A stretch of DNA of 64,000 bases, taken from NCBI RefSeq assembly GCF_009914755.1, contig NC_060934.1. One strand, written 5' to 3'. Below the pieces are notes generated by a model. That model was not told where the DNA came from and searched no databases. It worked only from the letters and a program-made list of their open reading frames with translations. A program made the translations under genes and the position numbers. The stretch is from the human T2T-CHM13v2.0 reference genome, Homo sapiens. Shown here one piece after another: positions 58,896-64,000 of the stretch; the stretch's first letter is position 1; the number at the start of each line of letters is the position of its first letter.

Positions 58896-59194
58896 CAATA
58901 AATAAAATTTTAAACAAACACCAATTTGAAATGTTAAGCCCAATATATAATGTCTTTAAGTTGATGGGAAAACATAATGTCTGCTTAGATGAAATTTAAA
59001 TTCTAGTAGGAAAATCATGCACACAGATAAACGATAACAGTATAATTGGTTTAAGTGCTAAACTAGACATATAGTGATTCAGTTACAGGGTCATAGTCAA
59101 GAAGGCAATGCACCCTCAGACACCTACATATGTTTGCTTTGTTCAAAGTACAAACCACACAAGGTCAAACACCGTGCCAAAACATGAAGGAAAC

Positions 59195-59235
59195 CAGACG
59201 AGATCGGGCGCATTCAGGGTGGTATGGCCATAGAT
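59195..59235 (-). pseudogene. 5S rRNA retropseudogene fragment (nt 1-41), tailless
   Basis: Minus strand atctatggccataccaccctgaatgcgcccgatctcgtctg vs 5S GTCTACGGCCATACCACCCTGAACGCGCCCGATCTCGTCTG (38/41); 12-bp TSD gaaggaaaccag at 59186-59197 and 59237-59248. Confidence 0.93.
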
Positions 59236-61393
59236 GGAAGGAAACCAGTGATTAGTAAGACCTTGTGAAAACACCTCTCCCTTGAAACCATGAGAGAGTT
59301 TCCTCATACTTGGCAATGGGGAACCAAAATTAGTGTTTTATTGGACCTTTACTTCAGGCTGGTTCTTGTTTGCATCTGTTCTATATGTAACTAGGAAGAA
59401 AATTGTCACAAAATAACTCACTAGCTTTCAAGTAACATAAACCACAAATACTGTAAAACATAAATGGTGATTTTGATTTCAGAACTAAGTAATCTACGCT
59501 ATTTGACCTCTAAAATGTGGTTCTCAAGTATAACAGTTGTCACAGGACACTTGACATTGTAACAGTAAATAACACATAAATAAGCAAACCATCAGCTTAA
59601 AGATTTTAAAGGGCACCTGCTTCTACAGCAATATTTATGTGAGAAGATATCTGTGGCACAGAGTGATGGAGCATAAAGTCTCACAGAGAGATAAGAGCAT
59701 GCCCAGAACTAAATCCAGGTGATTAGAATGTCAGTCCAGTGCTCTTCCACTGGAAACGTGGTTGAGCTTGGTCTCGGAAGCAGAATGCCAGGCTGTAAAT
59801 TGTAGCCTCACTCCCAATTAGCTGCACATGTTGGGAAGGTTACTTATTGCTCCTGTGATGCACTGTTCTCTGTAAATTAAAGAGATGCTACTTGGGGAAA
59901 ATACATTAAAAATTCAGAAATGTGCTGGAGATGTTTTACCTAAGACCCAGGTGAGCAGGTATAGGGCTAGAGACCAGGAGCCCCCAGGAGCCCCCAGGAG
60001 CCCTAACCTCTGTCTAGAAACATTATGTATTACCCTACATTGTTAACCTTGTACATTTCTATACCTTTTGCTACTAAGGAAATTTGCATCCTCTGACCAT
60101 GACTGTGGCTTTTTTCTATCTACGGCATCACTCTGCTGAAACCTCTCATCACCAGTTTGTGCTTTTGAAAATGTAATAAACAATCAGCCATTAAGTGTTA
60201 AGTCTTTTTTCTTGCTGCTTTTTCACAATATTATTTTCTTTTAGTCCATAAATTTCTTAAATTTGGCATCTTTAATAATTCAAAAATAGAATATTCAAAA
60301 TCTTTTTAACTTTCAGTAGAGATCAAATCAACATTATAACTCAATTCTTCTGACACTGTTTTTCCATATGTGCAACTTGTAAAGAATGAGATTAATCCTC
60401 ACTGCATTAACTTCTGGAAAATATCTTCATAATTCAGAGTTTTTTAAAATTAATCTTGATCACATTTAACATCTCCCTGTATTTGCAATAAATGCTATTT
60501 TTGCAGTTAAGACAACATGCAATAAACTGGAAAAATTAGTTAACAATTTGAAAAGTGTTTTTAAAATCAAATCTTACTTGTTACCTTAACAGGGGGTGTC
60601 ACAATTTACACAGTTCATCTCAAGTTGAAAAGAAATCGGTTGCCTTTTTACTTGTCTCCTAATTTTTCACAGAAAGTTAGTATGTTCTCTTATTTTCTAG
60701 CAGGATTCTACGCCTCATTTCTCCTGGGAAGCAATGTAAGAGGTTACAAGAAAAGTTCTTGAACTGAGGTAGACCTAACTTTAAATTCCAACTTCACTGG
60801 GTATTTGGCTGAGTAATACTAGGAAAGTTATCCAGACTTACTGAGCTTCAATTTTCCCAAAAGTGCAATAAGAAATAATTGCATCTACTGCATAAATCAA
60901 TGTTTAAATTTACTTGTTTTATTTTAATTGATATTATTTTATTTATTCATTTTATTTATTTATTTAAAGAGTGTAGGCTAAAATAAGTAAATGACATTTC
61001 ACAGTTCTCAGAAAAATAATAATGACAAATAAACCACAGTTATTATTATGAATTAGGGAATATTTATCCATTAACATTTCTTCAAAGCCCAGCAGAAACA
61101 AAAAGTTAATGTTCAAAGGCCTAGCTTCAACTTTCCTTCTTCACACAAAAAATTACAAATATTACAAGTATTCATCACTTTTTCTATTTCTTTTTTGTTG
61201 ACTACATAGTTGCTTTTTTACAGTTCTTTCTATATTCTGGATACTGCTCCTTTGAGATATATATTTTTTAATAGATGTCGTGAGTATTTGCTTTTAACAT
61301 ATTGCTTCACTCAGTCATTTATAGCACCCTTGTTGCAGGAGTCTGCTATTCTGATGTAACCATATTCATCAGTCATTTTTCATTAGTGTAGGA

Positions 61394-61924
61394 CAGGGGT
61401 CCCCAACCCTCAGGCCATGGACAACTACCAGTCGGTGACCTGTTAAGAACTGGGCCACACAGCAGGAAGTGAGTGGTGGGTGACTGAGTGAAGCTTCATT
61501 TGTATTAATAGCTACTCTTCATGGCTCACATAACCTCCTGAGCTCTGCCTCCTGTAAGATCAGTGGCAGCATCAGGTTCTTATAGGAACATAAACCCTAT
61601 CGTGACCTGCGCATGAAAGGGTTCCAGGTTGCACAAACCTTATGAGAACCTAATGCCTGATGATCTGTCACTGTCTCTCATCACACCCAGATGGGACCAT
61701 CTAGTTTCAGAAAAACAAGATCAGGGCTTCCACTGATTCTACATTATGGCGAGTTTTATCATTATTTCATTATATATTACGATGTAATAATAATAGAAAT
61801 AAAGTGCATAATAAATGTGATGCACTTCAGTCATCCCCAAACCATCCCCCTCTGCACTCCTGTCTGTGAAAAAATTGTTTTCCACAAAACCAGGCCCTGG
61901 TGCCAAAAAGGTTGGGGACCGCTG
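61394..61924 (+). mobile_element. MER1A (hAT-Charlie), full length
   Basis: TIRs caggggtccccaacc / ggttggggaccgctg; 531 bp; perfect 8-bp TSD gtgtagga. Confidence 0.93.
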
Positions 61925-62339
61925 GTGTAGGACATTTCAGTTAATGATGTTCAACTAATGGCCTGCCCTAGAGAAGGAGGACTCAGAATTGTGGGGAGGC
62001 TTTTTCAACATACAAGGTAATGCAGATTCTATATGGCCTCCTGACAGGCTGAGAGGATTAGCATGTTCCCACAATGCACATCACTCCCATATTGTTGCAA
62101 CTGGTGTTTTATGAAATAAAATGTTTAAAAACGCAGTACATAGTCAAGAAAAATAAATTGACTAATATAAATCTTTACTTCTGAATTTGAACATAAGCTT
62201 CACATTCATAAGAGCTTCAAAGGAATGAATTAAATTAAATATAGTTTAAAAAATTTTAAAGTTTAAAACATTTTATAAATTAAAAATAGTTTAAAAAAGG
62301 TGTTCACATTCTTTCAATAAAAGTGATGCCCTCTCTCCT

Positions 62340-63200
<861 letters not shown>

Positions 63201-64000
63201 TATAGTAAGAGTTATATTTTAACTGATATTAACTAATTGTTTTAAAGACTAAAGAAAAACGAATTACCATTGGATTTTCTTTTCGCACTCCTCATAATTA
63301 AAATGACTGATTACTTGTCACTAACGGAAATCAACTTCGTAGAACCAGTTGTGACACAGATACCCAGCATGAAACCATAGTAAATATAGATCTTCTCAGA
63401 TAACTTTTTGTTCTGTGCACTTTTGATACAATTCATGTACTTAAATGTGACATGAGCCTTCAAATTATTGAGCCAGAAATCAAGTATCTACATGTCTGTA
63501 TATATCTTTGTCCTAGAAAATCCTCAGGAGACCTCCCTTAACAATCACTGCTCAAAAATGACTCACATATCCACGTGCAAACCAATCATTTGCAAAGGTA
63601 ACAGGACAGGCATGATTGGCTCTGACCAGCCATTTTTCACCACTTTGGAATAGGCTTCACTTCCCCTGAAGCACATGATCCCCAAAAATAATACCTAAAT
63701 AAAACTGAAATTCTGTTAAAGTGTGAGGTAGGAGAAATAGCCAACTAATGGTGTCTACTATACTCAGACAATGTGAGTATATTAAAACCAGAGACTTCAC
63801 CTAAATTAACTCAGTGGTACAAACAGAATAATTTAAAACTCACCTTCACCTAAATTTCAGATAATTATATTATTTTCCACTCACTATAGTATAAACATGA
63901 ACTGAAACTAAATTAGGTATTTTGTCCATCTAGATTTAATTATAACATATGTTTTTATTTATTTACTTTTTTTCGGGGGGGGGTGGTCTAGTTTACTAGA

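Noticed and set aside
59772-59781. tctcggaagc resembling the continuation of 5S rRNA
   Set aside because: Only 10 nt, on the opposite strand to the 5S fragment and within MIR-like sequence; chance match.

Overview
AT-rich, repeat-dense primate (human or great-ape) genomic DNA lying entirely inside the PCDH15 (protocadherin-15; USH1F/DFNB23) gene, transcribed on the minus strand. Three coding exons are present: 31470-31685 (216 bp), 22004-22092 (89 bp) and 5176-5352 (177 bp). They have canonical AG/GT sites, splice in frame, encode the end of cadherin repeat EC11 and the membrane-adjacent domain (MAD12), and match exons 27-29 in the usual numbering (numbering recalled, not checked). The rest is intron: about 20 Alu elements or fragments, many L1 fragments, L2/MIR, solo LTRs (MER61-like, MLT1A, LTR14A), hAT DNA transposons (MER33, MER3, MER1A, Charlie1), microsatellites, and a tailless 41-nt 5S rRNA retropseudogene with a 12-bp TSD. 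All other ORFs in the track look spurious or repeat-derived, and I see no new protein-coding system. The most unusual signal is a cluster of local inverted duplications not explained by independent TE insertions: a 63-bp pair bracketing exon 27, a ~300-bp pair at 42.2/44.2 kb, a 187-bp fold-back at 47.9 kb, and a ~285-bp copy inserted into a (TA)n tract at 53.2 kb. An Alu with a twin-priming-type 5' inversion is also notable. Repeat subfamily names come from recalled consensus sequences, identities are estimated by eye, and repeat boundaries without TSDs are approximate.
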